Below, piece after piece: positions 12,973-27,441 of a stretch of DNA of 64,000 nt. This DNA comes from Octopus vulgaris. Taxonomy: Eukaryota. The stretch is from assembly GCA_951406725.2 (NCBI GenBank), contig OX597832.1, forward strand, positions 45,880,001 to 45,944,000, in the 5' to 3' direction. A program made the translations under genes and the position numbers. Each line of letters opens with the position of its first letter. Position 1 is the stretch's first letter. The notes under the pieces are model-generated. The model did not search any database. It worked only from the letters and a program-made list of their open reading frames with translations, and was not told the origin of the DNA.

Positions 12973-14059
12973 GCACACACACATATATATACGTCCATAT
13001 ATGTGTGTGTCTTGTCTTTGTGTGCGTGTGTGTTGTGAGATCTAGGATCGAACACAAAATACTCGGTTGCAAGGTGGATATCAAGTGTTGATCACGATCA
13101 AATAATACTGTCAAACCCCATTGTAAACCAGTCTCCTTGCAGCAACACCATGCTATTACAGGATAATCATCAGCAGTGTCCTCGAATTGCTTGCACTTTT
13201 GTTAGTATTGAAGGAAAATCGCGCCAAGAACAAACCCGAGTTGTTTGAGATGGCCACCATTGTACATACATGCTCACTTCGCGCCACAAGTAGTCCAGAT
13301 CATTGGCAGAGGTTTGAGAGGGTTACGGAAAACACACACCACAACACTTGTCAGGCAACAGCAAGATTTTTCCTTTGCTGAATTTCGCTACAAATGAAAG
13401 GAATTCTCTTTTTTCATAATTGCAACACCGATCCTTATTAGTCATACCTACGCTCGATTCTCTTCTCCTAAAATCTCGTATAGTAGTCACTAGAAGTTTG
13501 TATTGTATTGTCCTCCCGTTCAGTAAATCGTTCAATAAATATGTGCAGTTATTTTGGCGTCTGTTAATTATGGTAACATCAACAGCCGACAATAACAGTA
13601 ACAAATCGTAACGACAAACCGATGAGCGAGAATCAGTGATTTTCAACATCACCGCTTCGATGCGTCATATATGTATGTATATGCAATTAAGTGGCACCGT
13701 ATACTTACGTATGCAATTAACCGAAATATAGTAACAAAGGATAGCTATTGGAGAACTGATAGCGACAGTGTAAAAGAAAAAAAATACGGAACAAGTGACA
13801 TTCATTTCGTTATTACTTTGTAATATATCTCTCGTACCTCTATATTTATAGGTTTCCATTTGTAAAGATACTAAGTAATGACACACACAAGCATATGCAC
13901 GACAGATACACACATATCTAATCGCATGTATGTATATAGTCACAGATACATGTATACATGCATATACATACATATACAAATACATACATACATATATATA
14001 TATATTGTGTATATATACGTTCCTTAATGCTTGTGTATATACGTACATAAAAATGCATA

Positions 14060-14127
<68 letters not shown>

Positions 14128-14195
14128 TGTATGAACATCCTTATATATATATATATATATACATACACACATATATATATATACATATATATGCA

Positions 14196-14226
<31 letters not shown>

Positions 14227-14289
14227 TCACTATACTCACACACACATGCATTTGTGTGTGTGTGTATGTTATGTTGATATCAATGTTCC

Positions 14290-14329
<40 letters not shown>

Positions 14330-14375
14330 ATATCTATTTATCTCTCTCTCTCTCTGTATAAATTTATACACATAC

Positions 14376-14439
<64 letters not shown>

Positions 14440-14503
14440 TTGTGTGTGTGCGTGTATGTGTATGTGTGTGTAGGCATTTATGCATATAAATGAACATATA
14501 CAT

Positions 14504-14534
<31 letters not shown>

Positions 14535-14941
14535 CAGAAACACACACAGACACACAAACAATGGTGACTCGGGAGACACTGATTTTATAAAATATTGCGA
14601 ACACGTATGTTTGTTTGTGGCAGATGCAGTACGCCGGGAATGAAGAAGGAATCTCTATTATGGCGTATCAAAGAGAAATGTCGAAAGTGGAACGTTTAAA
14701 AGCACTTCTTCTTTAAAAGCTGCCAAACACAACTTGAAACATTGACCGAGACGCATGAACTATGTCATGCTGTACGTTCATTGTTTTTGATAGCTAAAAA
14801 CCGTCTTATAACTGACAAAATTATCTGGAGAAGTTCTCCGCCGAAAAAAAAATAAGAAGAAAATAAAAGCATTCACAAAATAAAGAAAAAACAAAACAAA
14901 AGGAAAGCGAAATATGTGTAGAGAGTAAAGCGCTTAGATAC

Positions 14942-14972
<31 letters not shown>

Positions 14973-15048
14973 CATACATACATAGATACATACACACATA
15001 TATATATATATACATATATATATGTATATATATATATATATATATATT

Positions 15049-15085
<37 letters not shown>

Positions 15086-15105
15086 CATACATATATACAT
15101 AAATA

Positions 15106-15165
<60 letters not shown>

Positions 15166-15634
15166 CCTATATACTTCTATATACGTGTATATATATTCAC
15201 ATGCATATGGGAAAATATATCTAATACTCACACACACACATACATACATATATGTATGTATGTATGTACGTATGTATGTATTAGATATATTTACACCGTT
15301 TTTTAAACGCATACATTCATGCATGAGCGTGCCCGCTGTCACACGCACATAAAAGCACACACGTGAGGAGGCACCGAAGTTCGGTTTTAAACCAACCAGA
15401 GAAATGGAACGCAAGGCAGATTATTCACATTTTTCATAAGCCACACATTTAAAGTATTTCGAGGACTTAGTTCTGTTTCAATCGACTGAATGAAATTTGA
15501 GAGTCTTTCTTCTCATGAAATTATGAGGCCTTTCATTCGCTGAATCTACCCACGCAAATTAGTTCGATGACGACGACCACCACCGCCGACACTAAAAACC
15601 ACCACCACCAACACCACGACTACTACTACTAATA

Positions 15635-15669
<35 letters not shown>

Positions 15670-15767
15670 ACTACTACTACTACTACTACTGATAAGATCT
15701 TGTATCTTTTATCTTTCACTTGTTTCAATCATTAGACTCTGGCCATACTGGTAGCCAGTATGATCTA

Positions 15768-15982
15768 TTTCTTTACTACACACATAGAGGACAAACAAGG
15801 ACAGACAAACGAATTAAGTCGATTAAATCGACCCCAGTGCGTAACTGGTACTTAATTTATCGACCCCGAAAGGATGAAAGGCAAAGTCGACCTCAGCGGA
15901 ATTTGAACTCAGAACGTAACGGCAGACGAAATACGGCTACGCATTTCGCCCGGCGTGCTAACGGTTCTGCCAGCTCGCCGCC
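15768..15982 (-). mobile_element. SINE group B
   Basis: High similarity to the other group B copies. Confidence 0.85.
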
Positions 15983-16607
15983 TGGTGTAGTTTGGCATTT
16001 ATAATAAAATAAATATATACAAATCAAGAAGAAGAACGGGTCATTGCAGGTGGACGATGATGTACTGTCTGCATGTCCTGAAGTTGTGCCACCCACGGTG
16101 GAAGAAACGACCTCCACCCTTAAAGATGAAGAACTACGTATCTTTTACCTATCAATTTTTTACCTATGGCGGGAGCTTTTGGAACTTAATACTCGCGACA
16201 ATCGAGGGATTAGTGTAATCTAAAAATAAACTTTAAATAAGAAGCACTGAAACCTATTGTTTTATTAATCATACTTGCTTATGACAACTTCGTGAATAAA
16301 AGATCGTGTAAAGCATTGGATTATATTTTTAAAAGAATTCTGCGGTCCACCATTATATTTCTCACCGTTTGAAAACAATGGCAGAAACAAACATATTTAA
16401 GCTATTAAATAATGCAGATACGACATCCGCATGAAAATGAACACAATAGAGAAAGTAGTGTTAAAATATTCAATGCATGGGACGTTTACAAACTAACGAG
16501 AAATCGATAATCGACGAGAAAAGAAAATAGTCCAATAAGAAGCAGAACATATGAAAATGACGTAATCATTATAAATGCCGCCATTTCCGGGACCGTTCTC
16601 ACTAAGT

Positions 16608-16993
16608 ATACTCTTTTACTCTTTTACTTGTTTCAGTCATTTGACTGCGGCCATGCTGGAGCACCGCCTTTAATCGACACAACTCGACCCCGGGACTTAT
16701 TCATTGTGTAAGCCCAGTACTTATTCTATCGGTCTCCTTTGCCGAACCGCTAAGTAACGGAGACATAAACACACCAGCATCGGTTGTCAAGCAATGCTGG
16801 GGGGGGGGGCAAACACACACACGCATATATATTCATACATATATACGACGGGCTTCTTTTCAGTTTCCGTCTAGCAAATTCACTCACAAGGCTATAGTAG
16901 AAGACACTTGTCCAAGGTACCACGCAGTGGGACTGAACCCGGAACCATGTGGTTGGTAAGCAAGCTACTTACCACACAGCCACTCCTGCGCCT
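16608..16993 (-). mobile_element. SINE group A
   Basis: High similarity to 10523-10923, with a small internal deletion. Confidence 0.9.
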
Positions 16994-17226
16994 ATGCTGT
17001 TTATTTTTTTTACTGCGGCATTGGTGGAGCAGAACTTTCACGGATTTTAAGGAATTTAGTCTGTTCTATATACAACAGTTTTTATTGTAGGCAGGTACTT
17101 ATTTTATCGATCTGTATATCGGTATTTACTGTGTATGTTATGTTCAAGTGTTCAACATTTACATTTGTCAGCCATTAAAAAACGTAACTCAAAAGGACCG
17201 CGGAAACCGGTAAACCTAACTACAGT

Positions 17227-17262
<36 letters not shown>

Positions 17263-17348
17263 CATATGTGTTTGTGTATGTGCATTTTATGTATGCATAT
17301 GTGTGTAACTGCAACTGCATTAAGTTAAAATAGCTACCTATGTATCTA

Positions 17349-17578
17349 TTTCTTTACTACCCACAAGGAGCTAAACTCAGAGGGGGGCAAACAAGGACAG
17401 ACAAACGGATTAAGTCGATTTCATCGACCCCAGTGCGTAACTAGTACTTATTTAATCGACCCCGGAGGATGGAAGGCAAAGTCGACCTCGGCGGAATTTG
17501 AGCTCAGAACGTCACGGCAGACGAAATACCGCTAAGCATCTCACCCGGCGTGCTAACGTTTCTGCCAGCTCACCGCCG
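17349..17578 (-). mobile_element. SINE group B with 16-bp TSD
   Basis: TSD GCTACCTATGTATCTA at 17333-17348 and 17580-17595. Confidence 0.9.
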
Positions 17579-18188
17579 TGCTACCTATGTATCTACCTAT
17601 GTATCCTATGTATCGTACTTCACGCAAAGAAACAGCTATAAACATTGTATTCTAAGATTTGTCTGTGAATATGTAGTATTAAATACGCAATACGTATCGG
17701 TGTGAGGCAAACATCTTCAGAGCAGGATAAACTCAGATATGTTTCAATATGCTTCGGTGTTGTCAATCGGTTGTTACTATATACTTATATGTAATTGTAA
17801 TCTTTACGTGCATATGTATTTTTTACTTGCATATATATCCGTATATATTTGAATATACGTTTTGTTTTGTATGCATGCAGGTTTATGTATTTGTACATAT
17901 ATGTTTGTATATGTACAGTTGCATGTATTCACACACACACATACATATTTACATGTGTACGTATGTATATGTGTAGGTATATATATACCTTTATATATAT
18001 ATATTGGAAGGTTTGGAGATGATGTACAGGTATTTTATATTAGAAGAAATGAGGTACTCAGAAATTCGGATGGTTTTATATTTACAGATACTTATTTGTA
18101 TATTACATGTTTTTATACATAATTATAACTTAGATCATATATTAGCGCTTTCTCCCATTCTAGTGGGGTTTTCAAATCGAACTAAGTT

Positions 18189-18242
<54 letters not shown>

Positions 18243-18538
18243 ATGCTTGATCCAAGTGTAAATTTTTTCTTCTATTTGTTTCTCCCTCAAAAGCATTTCT
18301 AATAGAAGGTATAAAAGTCTTTCCATGAGCAATTTTGTAAATCCTGTTAGCGAATGAAACACACATTATGTTCAATAATTAATACTCGATTTTTAAAAAA
18401 ATATTTTTCAGCTTTTTCACGCGCCTCACAAAATATACCATCTTCTCCTATACCATCTACATAGGAGTACTGGAATGAGCAGATGTGATTGAAGTGTACA
18501 CAGCTTGACTTATAGTCATATGTATCCGACATATAATC

Positions 18539-18583
<45 letters not shown>

Positions 18584-18596
18584 TATATATATATAT

Positions 18597-18755
18597 AGGG
18601 AGAGTTCACGAAAAAGACAAAAGACGAAGACAGGTGGTGTACAAAACAAACAGATGTATTGGTATAACGCTCAGGAATTGAAAAAGTCTTTTACATTTCG
18701 AGCCTACGCTCTTCTACAGAAAGGGGCACAGAAAAAACAAGGAGAGAATAAAGAT
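18597..18755 (-). mobile_element. Penelope-type terminal repeat fragment with hammerhead-like motif (copy 2)
   Basis: Reverse complement of 18688-18723 is CTTT-CTGTAGA-A-GAGC-GTAG-GCTC-GAAAT-GTA-AAAG. Abuts (TA)n. Confidence 0.65.
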
Positions 18756-19663
18756 AGAGAAAAAAATGTATACATATATAAATGTATACATAATACGTTT
18801 TCAAATTCGAACTTGTATGATTATATATATATATATTTATGTATATATTTTATTGGGAGAGGAGGTGTATCTGTGTGTGTGTATGTGAGAGAGCGTTTGT
18901 ATATGTGAGTTTGTTCTTTGTGCACTTTGCACTTTAAAATCTTTCTGCGACACTTAAAGTGCATTCTAAAAGAGCTGTCGATAGAAACTTATGATGTAAA
19001 AAAAAAAATGATAAAGAAATACTAACAGAAAAACGACAGTATAAGAAAAAAAAACACACGAAAAAACACACAAGAACAAACGTAAATATTAATTGTAATT
19101 ATGATGACACTTAAGAAATAGGGGAAAAAAATCTGCTATTATATATTTTCTAGACACTTTCGTCCAAGCAACATTTCGACTGTACAGTATTTATCACTCT
19201 ATTCATCTCTTTCCTTGATTTACTTCTAGAACACTAGAAACAAGGTGTGCCTAAAAGTGAACTTACTCTCACATGAACATCGATTTCCACTTTTCTAATT
19301 AGTTCTTCGTATCACATCAGTACAAATGACCTGGTAACAACTGTAGATTTTGTAGATTCCTTCATTATTTTTTTTGAACTTATTGATGTTTTAAGCGAGT
19401 TTTTTTCTGTGTTCGTGTTTGTGTCTGTTTTTATCAAACTAAATGATTTAACTCTCCCTCATACTGCTCGTTTCTATCTGTCTAAATGTTAAAGTTAGTT
19501 TCTCTTTATCTGTCCTTTTATATCTATATGTTTTCATAATATCTCCCTGCTTCTCTAATTGCTTCTGTCTTTTATTACTTTTATTGCATATATTTCAACT
19601 TAGCCAAACTATAATGAAGAAAAAAAGAGGAAAAAAATTATCATGAAGAAAACTAATGATCTG

Positions 19664-19825
<162 letters not shown>

Positions 19826-19993
19826 CCTATCCATCAGTCAATCTGTACATATATCAACGCACAACACACGTAAACACACATACACATATAAGAACACGTA
19901 TACACACACATACACATATTGTATTTATGTCTATCAGTCAGTCTATCTGCCTATTTCTATCTCTCTATATATTTCCTATTTTGTTTTTCGCTC

Positions 19994-20069
<76 letters not shown>

Positions 20070-20070
<1 letters not shown>

Positions 20071-20840
20071 TGTATCACTGAAGTCATGAGGAAAACATTT
20101 TTAAATACACAGCACTAATGGGGATTTTTATTTTCTTATTCTCTTATTTTCCAGATTGCCGACCGAGCTAAAATAACAGCACACAATGAAGTGTAGAATA
20201 CCATTGTTTTGGTTCAGAGATGGTGGCGTGCATGGAAAGGTAAGTATGCAAAACAACGTCCAGAGACAATAAATAGTTGTCATGGAAAGCTGATACCACG
20301 GGCTCAGTGAACGATGCAAGAAGCAGTGGCCGGCCAACCACATCTGGATCAACGGAGAACGTAGCAAAAGTGCAGGAAATGTTTAATCGCAGCCCGCAAA
20401 AATAAATACGTCAATCGTGTAAGTGGACTAGCCACATTAAAAATATATACGGTGTTTCATTGAATATTCGTCCCTGGAGGCACTCTTTACGTGCAAGAAC
20501 TAAAACCTGACGAGACGACGCGGATCTCGTGAATGGCCTCCAAGATCCAGATTTCACTCCATGCGATTTTTGCTTAAGTGTTCACAAAAAACAGGAGCTT
20601 TACAGGACAAAACCTGGTACACTGGAGGACATGGAGACACGGATTCAGGAGGCTCTCAATTACATTCCAGACGACGTCCTTCAGAAACTGGTTCACAGCA
20701 CTGGTGCTTATGTTGAAATATGAAGACTTTCTTTCATTTTCCGGTGTACTAAAAAAAACATGTATCGTTTGTTTCAATAAATTTGTAAAAAAATATGGAT
20801 GTTATTACCAATTCTTAATGCCTACTTTTCACCCAATATA
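20070..20840 (+). pseudogene. Tc1/mariner-superfamily transposase remnant
   Basis: WPPR..PDFTPCDF..KQELYRTKPGTLEDMETRIQEA resembles WPPRSPDLTPCDF.LWG.LK..VY...P.TLE.L..RI. TA-rich flanks. Confidence 0.7.
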
Positions 20841-21066
20841 TGTTTGTGAGGGTGTGTGTGAGTGTGTGTGTGAGTGTGTGTGTGAGTGTGTGTGTGAGTG
20901 TGTGTGTGTGTGTATATATGTATGTATGTATCTATTTATCTGACTATCTATCTATTTATCTATCTATATATCTATCTATCTATCTATCTATCTATCAATC
21001 TATCTATCTATTTACCTCTCTCTATATATATACAGACAAACAATAAAGTAAACATATGAACCCTGC

Positions 21067-21130
<64 letters not shown>

Positions 21131-21442
21131 AAGAAAAATATAATGAAGAAAGTAAAACACAATTTACAATGACTCAAATAGAAATGTATTTACAAGAGTA
21201 AAAAAAAACCCAAATAAAATAACAATTAGATCATCATCGACAACAGAAAAAAAAATGCAATCATCACAATATTTAAAAAGTAAAGAGGGAAGGAGTTGAT
21301 ATATATATGTAAGTATATATGTCGACAATATAAATAATAAAGATGATTACAAAGTTGCATAGCATTACCGCCAATCCCTTTTATTCCTTCAATATACACA
21401 TCTGTGTATGCATATAAACAAAACATTCAAACACTAAGATTT

Positions 21443-21522
<80 letters not shown>

Positions 21523-21605
21523 CATATATGTGTATATATTTATATACGTAGACATATATATATCTATAAATATATGTGTGCGTGTGTATATATATATATG
21601 CATGA

Positions 21606-21640
<35 letters not shown>

Positions 21641-21737
21641 TTGTGTGTGTATATATATGCATGCTATATATATATTTATATATATATATACATATGTATG
21701 TATATAGCCATATATATGTGTATATATATATATATAC

Positions 21738-21775
<38 letters not shown>

Positions 21776-21944
21776 CACATCGCTGAGTTATAACAGCGAA
21801 AACACAAGCAACAGCAAAACTAATGTCAGCAACAAAACCAAGGAACGCATATCCTGAATCTACGCCTACAACACTGTGGACAACATTGTCAACGATGATG
21901 CGGAGAATGATGAAGACAGACACAGCAAAGATGTCAAAAAAAAT

Positions 21945-22307
21945 AGTAGTTGTAGTAGTAGTAGTAATAGTAGTAGTAGTAGTTGTAGTAGTAGTATTAG
22001 TAACAACAACAACAACAACGATAATAATAATAATACTCAGAATTATAATAGTAATAATAATGATAATAATATTAATAATAATAATAATAATAATAATAAT
22101 GATAATAATAATAATAATAATAAGAAGAAAAAGAAATGAAGAACTATAACAACAACAACAATAATAATAATAATAATGATAATAATGATAATAATAATAA
22201 TAATAATAATGATAATAATGATAATAATAATAATAATAATAATAATAAGAAGAAGAAGAAGAACTATAACAACAACAACAATAATAATAATAATAATGAT
22301 AATAATG

Positions 22308-22350
<43 letters not shown>

Positions 22351-22577
22351 GAAGAAGAACTATAACAACAACAACAATAATAATAATAATAATAATGATA
22401 ATAATGATAATAATAATAATAATAATGATAATAATAATAATAATAATAATAACCCTTATCAGACGGGTAGTCATGATGGGTATATTGGGCTTCGTATATT
22501 TTACCCCAGTGTCACTTTGATGGCATGAACTGCTCTCTCACTCAATAATGATAATAATAATAATAATAATAATAATG

Positions 22578-22611
<34 letters not shown>

Positions 22612-22634
22612 TAATAATAATAATGATAATAATG

Positions 22635-22683
<49 letters not shown>

Positions 22684-22692
22684 TAATAATGA

Positions 22693-22765
<73 letters not shown>

Positions 22766-22790
22766 ATGAAGAACTATGACAACAACAACG
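21945..22790. repeat. Compound trinucleotide microsatellite (AGT/AAC/AAT/AAG)n with higher-order units
   Basis: Long AAT/GAT tracts. The block AAGAACTATRACAACAACAAC recurs near 22140, 22260, 22355 and 22770. Confidence 0.9.
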
Positions 22791-23419
22791 CCAAAACAGC
22801 AAGTAGTGGAACTACGTCAGCATTAACTAGGACAAGCACAACAACACCAACCACAAAAGCAACAATTTCGGAGATGAGAGAAACAGGCAAGAAAGTACAT
22901 GGTCGCCATTTTTTAAAAAAAATATTTAGTTTGATTTTTTTTGTTTTGTTTTGTTTTGCTTTTTTTATTTTGTTTTGGTTGTGTTTTCTACTCCATTAAC
23001 GACAATCAATATTGTTTGAAAAGGAAAATATAAATCGCATACACGCACACAGACGAAATCGCACATACATACACACACACATACACAGACACAAACACAG
23101 AAATACACACGGTTGCGTACACATATTTACAAGCACACACATATAGTCGCACAGACATACAGACCTCTACTTGCACACACGCACACACGTTAACATGCAA
23201 CAACTATAAACATCCATACAGACTTCTATACATCCGTCCATTCATCCATCCTTAGATGTTCTCACAAATACACATACATAATGTGTTTACGTATTTATAA
23301 CTATCTAACTCTCTCTCTCTCTATATATATATATATCTACGCACACAAACACACACAAATACAAGGACATCTCAAAAAAACAAACAACCCACCCCAACAA
23401 ACACACACTTAAAAACACT

Positions 23420-23455
<36 letters not shown>

Positions 23456-23555
23456 CACATATACATAGGTATGGTGGTTCAAACAGGAACAATAGAACTC
23501 AAAATATGACTATATGTATATATTTTTTTTATTAATATTTATTAATATTTTAAGA

Positions 23556-23879
23556 TGTGGAGTCGCAATGGCCCAGTGGATAGGGCAGGGGACTCGCGGT
23601 CGGAGGACTACGGTTTCGATTTCCAGACCGGGTGTTGTGTGTGTTTATTGATCGAAAACACCTAAAAAGCTCCACGAGGCCCCGTCAGGAGGTGGTGGCG
23701 ACACCTGTTGTGCCCTTTTGCCACAACTTTCGCTCACTCTCTCTTCCTGTTTCTTGAGTAACGCTGCGATGGACTGGCGTCCCATCCAGCTGGGGCGGGG
23801 GATGGGGCACATACGCCACAGAAACCGGGAGCCCGGGACCATGAGCCTGGCTAGGCTTGAAAAGGGCGACGTTTATCGC
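23556..23879 (+). mobile_element. Chimeric SINE: group C head/body plus group D V-like domain and tail
   Basis: 5' part matches the elements at 2274 and 6112; 3' part matches those at 3335 and 34986. Flanked by AATATTTT(T)AAGA direct repeats (23544-23555 / 23880-23892). Confidence 0.8.
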
Positions 23880-23899
23880 AATATTTTTAAGACGGTGCA

Positions 23900-24320
23900 A
23901 GGTGGCGAGCTGGCAGAATGGTTAGCCCGCTAGACGAAATGCTTACGTTCTGAGTTCAAATTCCGCCGAGGTCAACTTTGCCCTTCATCATTTCGGACAA
24001 TAAAACGAGTCCCAGTTGAACAGTGGGGTCGATGTAATCGACTCATCTCCACCTCCCCCAAGCTGCCCATGTGGCAAAAAAAAAAAATTTAAATAATATT
24101 TTAAGGCAGTGCGCTTGCGTGATTGTTAGCGCGACGAACAAAATGTTTATCGGCATTTCGTCTGTCTTTGCATTCTCAGTTCAATTTACGCCGAGGTCGA
24201 CCTTGTCTTTCATCCATCGGTGGTCGATAAAATGAATATCAGTTGAACACTGAGATTGATGTAATCGATTTTATCTCCCCCCAAAACTGCTAGCCTTGTG
24301 CTAAAATTTGAAACCAATAT
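23900..24320 (+). mobile_element. Two diverged group B SINEs (older subfamily, alternative tail)
   Basis: Group B head and central domain with the tail GCCTTGTGCTAAAATTTGAAACCAATATT instead of the Tx1-like tail. Confidence 0.7.
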
Positions 24321-24819
24321 TTATTAATATCATAAGTTTCGTAAGTGCTGCCGTACTATATAATATGATTCCTATCAGTGCTGGAAAAAAGTAGCTAATG
24401 AATGAGACATCTCTGGCTTCGAATTAAGTCGCTAAAGTACTCTGCTGTCAATGCATTAGGACATCTCTCCTTTCGGAAACCTTGGCCTTGGAGATATTTA
24501 GTGAGCTTTCAGAATAGTGATGACGGTATTTTTAATTAAAATGCAGATATTTAAAATCTTTCAGTTGTGTCTAAATACCATGAGTAATTGATGTCAAAGG
24601 CTGATGCAATTATGGAGACGTAATATAATGCATAGTACGTTGACATTGTCTTCCAATATTGTCTCTGCTTTGTTTAGATTCTTAAATCTTTTCCCAGTTC
24701 ACTCTACAGCTGTCATTTAGTGAAGAGAGCAACAATGCAATAAGATAAAACAATTACAAGAAACACAACAGTAATAACAAATATGCAATATTTTCAACAA
24801 ATCCAATAAATGATTAATA

Positions 24820-25205
24820 ATATTGGGTTGTCTGGAAAATTCGTGCCGATTTTGAAGGGAAAGAAAAAGGTCAATAAATGCTTGCCATTACATTTTTAAT
24901 CAACCAAATAGAAACTATTTTCTTGCACTATGCGTCTCCATCTTTCCTTTAAATTGAAAATACCCTCTTCCCAGAATTGAGGTGGTTTCATGGCAAAGAA
25001 TTCATCAAGGTATCTTTTACGTCATCCCAGGAATTGAAATTTTTGCCATTAAGAATATTCTGAAGAGACCTGAATAAGTGGAAATCCGAAGGAGCAATAT
25101 CTGGTGAATATGGTGGGTGGGGTAATACATCCCAACCAAGCTGCAGCAATTTTTATCTGGTTCCCAAAGCATCAAGTGCCGAAAAGGAACTTTCTTATCT
25201 TCCAT
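24820..25205 (-). pseudogene. Mariner transposase 3' fragment with right TIR
   Basis: Minus-strand KLLQLGWDVLPHPPYSPDIAPSDFHLFRSL is a canonical mariner motif. TA-TTGGGTTG end at ~24821. Confidence 0.85.
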
Positions 25206-25389
25206 TTTAAAAGGTTACAGGTACCCGAAAGGATGAAAGGCAAAGTCCCGAAAGGATGAAAAATATTAGTTTTAGATAGATTTGAAATTTGAGTGCCGAC
25301 CGCAGTTATAATAATTACAACGCGTACTATCCATTTGTCTACGAATTCTCTCTATCGACCGCGTTATCGATGGTGAATGCATGTATAAA

Positions 25390-26197
25390 TATTGATATCA
25401 AGCTTTGGCCATTACGGCGGAGGGGTGAAATCGATTACCTCAACCCCAGTACTATACCAGTACTTATTTTATCGATCCTGAAATGATAAAATGCAAACTC
25501 GGACACGGTGGAAATTAAACCCAGATGGTGAAGAAGGGCGAAATATTGCTACGCATTTCGCCCGGCAGGCTAACAATTTGTACGACAGCTAACGATTATT
25601 AGTGAATGTGTAAATATGGTTTTCCAATTTTGGCACAAGGCCAGCACATTCAGTGGGGGAGCTAAATCGATTAGCTCAACCCCAGTACTCAACTGGTACT
25701 TATATTGTCGATCCTGAGAGGACGAAAGGTAAAGTGAAACACGGCGGAATTTGAACACAGAAAGAAAGGACGGACGAAATATCTATTTCTTTACTACCCT
25801 CAAGGGGCTAAACACAGAGGGGACAAATAAGGACAGAAAAACGGATTAAGTCGATTACATCGACCCCAGTGCGTAACTGGTACTTAATTTATCGACCCCG
25901 AAAGGATGAAAGGCAAAGTGAACCTCGGCGGAATTTGAACTCAGAACATAACAGCAGACGAAAAACCTATTTCTTTACTACCGACAAGGGGCTAAACACA
26001 GAGGGGACAAATAAGGACAGAAAAACGGATTAATACGATTACATCGACCCCAGTGCGTAAATGGTACTTGATTGAACGACCCCGAATGGATGAAAAGCGA
26101 AGTCAACCTCGGCTGAATTTGCACTCAGAAAGAAAAGTCGGACGAAATACTACTAAACATTTCGCCCGGGATGCTTACGATTCCAGCTCTCCACCTT
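25390..26197 (-). mobile_element. Cluster of group B SINEs including a head-to-tail nested array (junctions at 25786 and 25970)
   Basis: Repeated bodies with ~184 bp spacing, each joined at GACGAAA..(T/C)CTA|TTTCTTTACTACC. Confidence 0.8.
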
Positions 26198-26799
26198 AAT
26201 AACTGTATAAATAATGCAACTAATAAGGGTGGGTGGTAAGAGAAGAAAAGCGGTGAAATTAAAGAGCAATTAAATCTGAATTAATCAATATGATGTCAAA
26301 GTTCAAACGGCAACTATACAATACACCAAGTCCAGAGTTTAACAATAATGAAGTAAAATCATTCATGCACAAAACAACCTCTGACCGAAACATAAAAGAA
26401 TCACTTTATATATCAAACTCGTAATAATTACTCCTCTGATTAAATTGAAAATAAGGTATGCAATTAAGAAATGAACTTTCGCCACATACAAATCATTACA
26501 GGGCGAAAGAAATTCAACGAGGTTTATAATAATAATTGGCTTATAAATAATTTTCAATACTACCGACAGAATTATGTCGGTGAACATGTGTAGATTTACC
26601 ATGTGTGAAAATTTATTGCTCTGTACGAGACAGTACGGTAAAGAAATAAACGAGTTGTGAAAAGAATAGTAGTTGCGTTCTGATTGGCTAAAAAACTTTA
26701 CTTTCGAGAAATATTGCTTTCAGTTTCAGCCTCGCATTTCCAGATCTAGTAACTCGTCAAACGATTTCGATTTTGATAAATATGTATATACATACATAC

Positions 26800-26832
<33 letters not shown>

Positions 26833-26998
26833 TGTATGTATGTATGTATGTATGTATGTATGTGTGTATGTATGTATGTATGTATGTATGTATGTATGTA
26901 TGTATGTATGTATGCATGCATATATATATATATATATATATATATAGTCGTGCAAGCATAAAGATTGGGTGTGCATATGTGTGTGTGTGTGTTTGTGG

Positions 26999-27029
<31 letters not shown>

Positions 27030-27118
27030 GATATATATGTATGTATGTTGATAAAAATGGTAAGACAACAAAAGAACGAAAGAGACCTCGATATTATGTA
27101 AATAGAGGTATTTATCTG

Positions 27119-27360
27119 TAAATGTGATATGTGTCAATTATTCGGTAGCCATGATAAAACTCCGAGTTTCGGATGACTGGGTGAAAATCCACGCCGCCAT
27201 CTCTTCAGATATCTGGCCATCGGAAAATCCGATGGCCAGAAAATGCTATGAAAATCCGATGGCCGGAAAACTGAAGAGATGGTGGCGTGGATTTCCACCT
27301 CGGCATCCGTAACTCGGAGTTTTCTCATGGGTACCGAATAATTGTCACATATTACATTTA
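27119..27360. mobile_element. Fold-back (palindromic) MITE-like element
   Basis: TAAATGTGATATGTGTCAATTATTCGGTA... / ...TACCGAATAATTGTCACATATTACATTTA. Arms of ~100 bp plus an internal TCTGGCCATCGGA/TCCGATGGCCAGA stem. TA ends. Confidence 0.8.
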
Positions 27361-27362
27361 GA

Positions 27363-27441
<79 letters not shown>

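Noticed and set aside
13040-13400. Possible highly decayed mariner transposase
   Set aside because: Only vague motif resemblance (KNKPEL, HTP, IFPLL); too weak to call without an HMM search.
16043-16142. Possible exon TTGCAG|VDDDVLSACPEVVPPTVEETTSTLKDEEL|GTATCT
   Set aside because: No polypyrimidine tract, weak donor and no recognisable protein. It loosely resembles the repeat-like segment near 29100-29190.
21823-22802. Poly-Asn, poly-Ile and poly-Tyr ORFs
   Set aside because: Trinucleotide microsatellite open in several frames on both strands, with no domain or splice support.
26340-26700. Unique AT-rich block with a reverse CCAAT box (26680) and homeodomain-like TAAT sites
   Set aside because: These motifs are expected by chance at this AT content and nothing else supports them.
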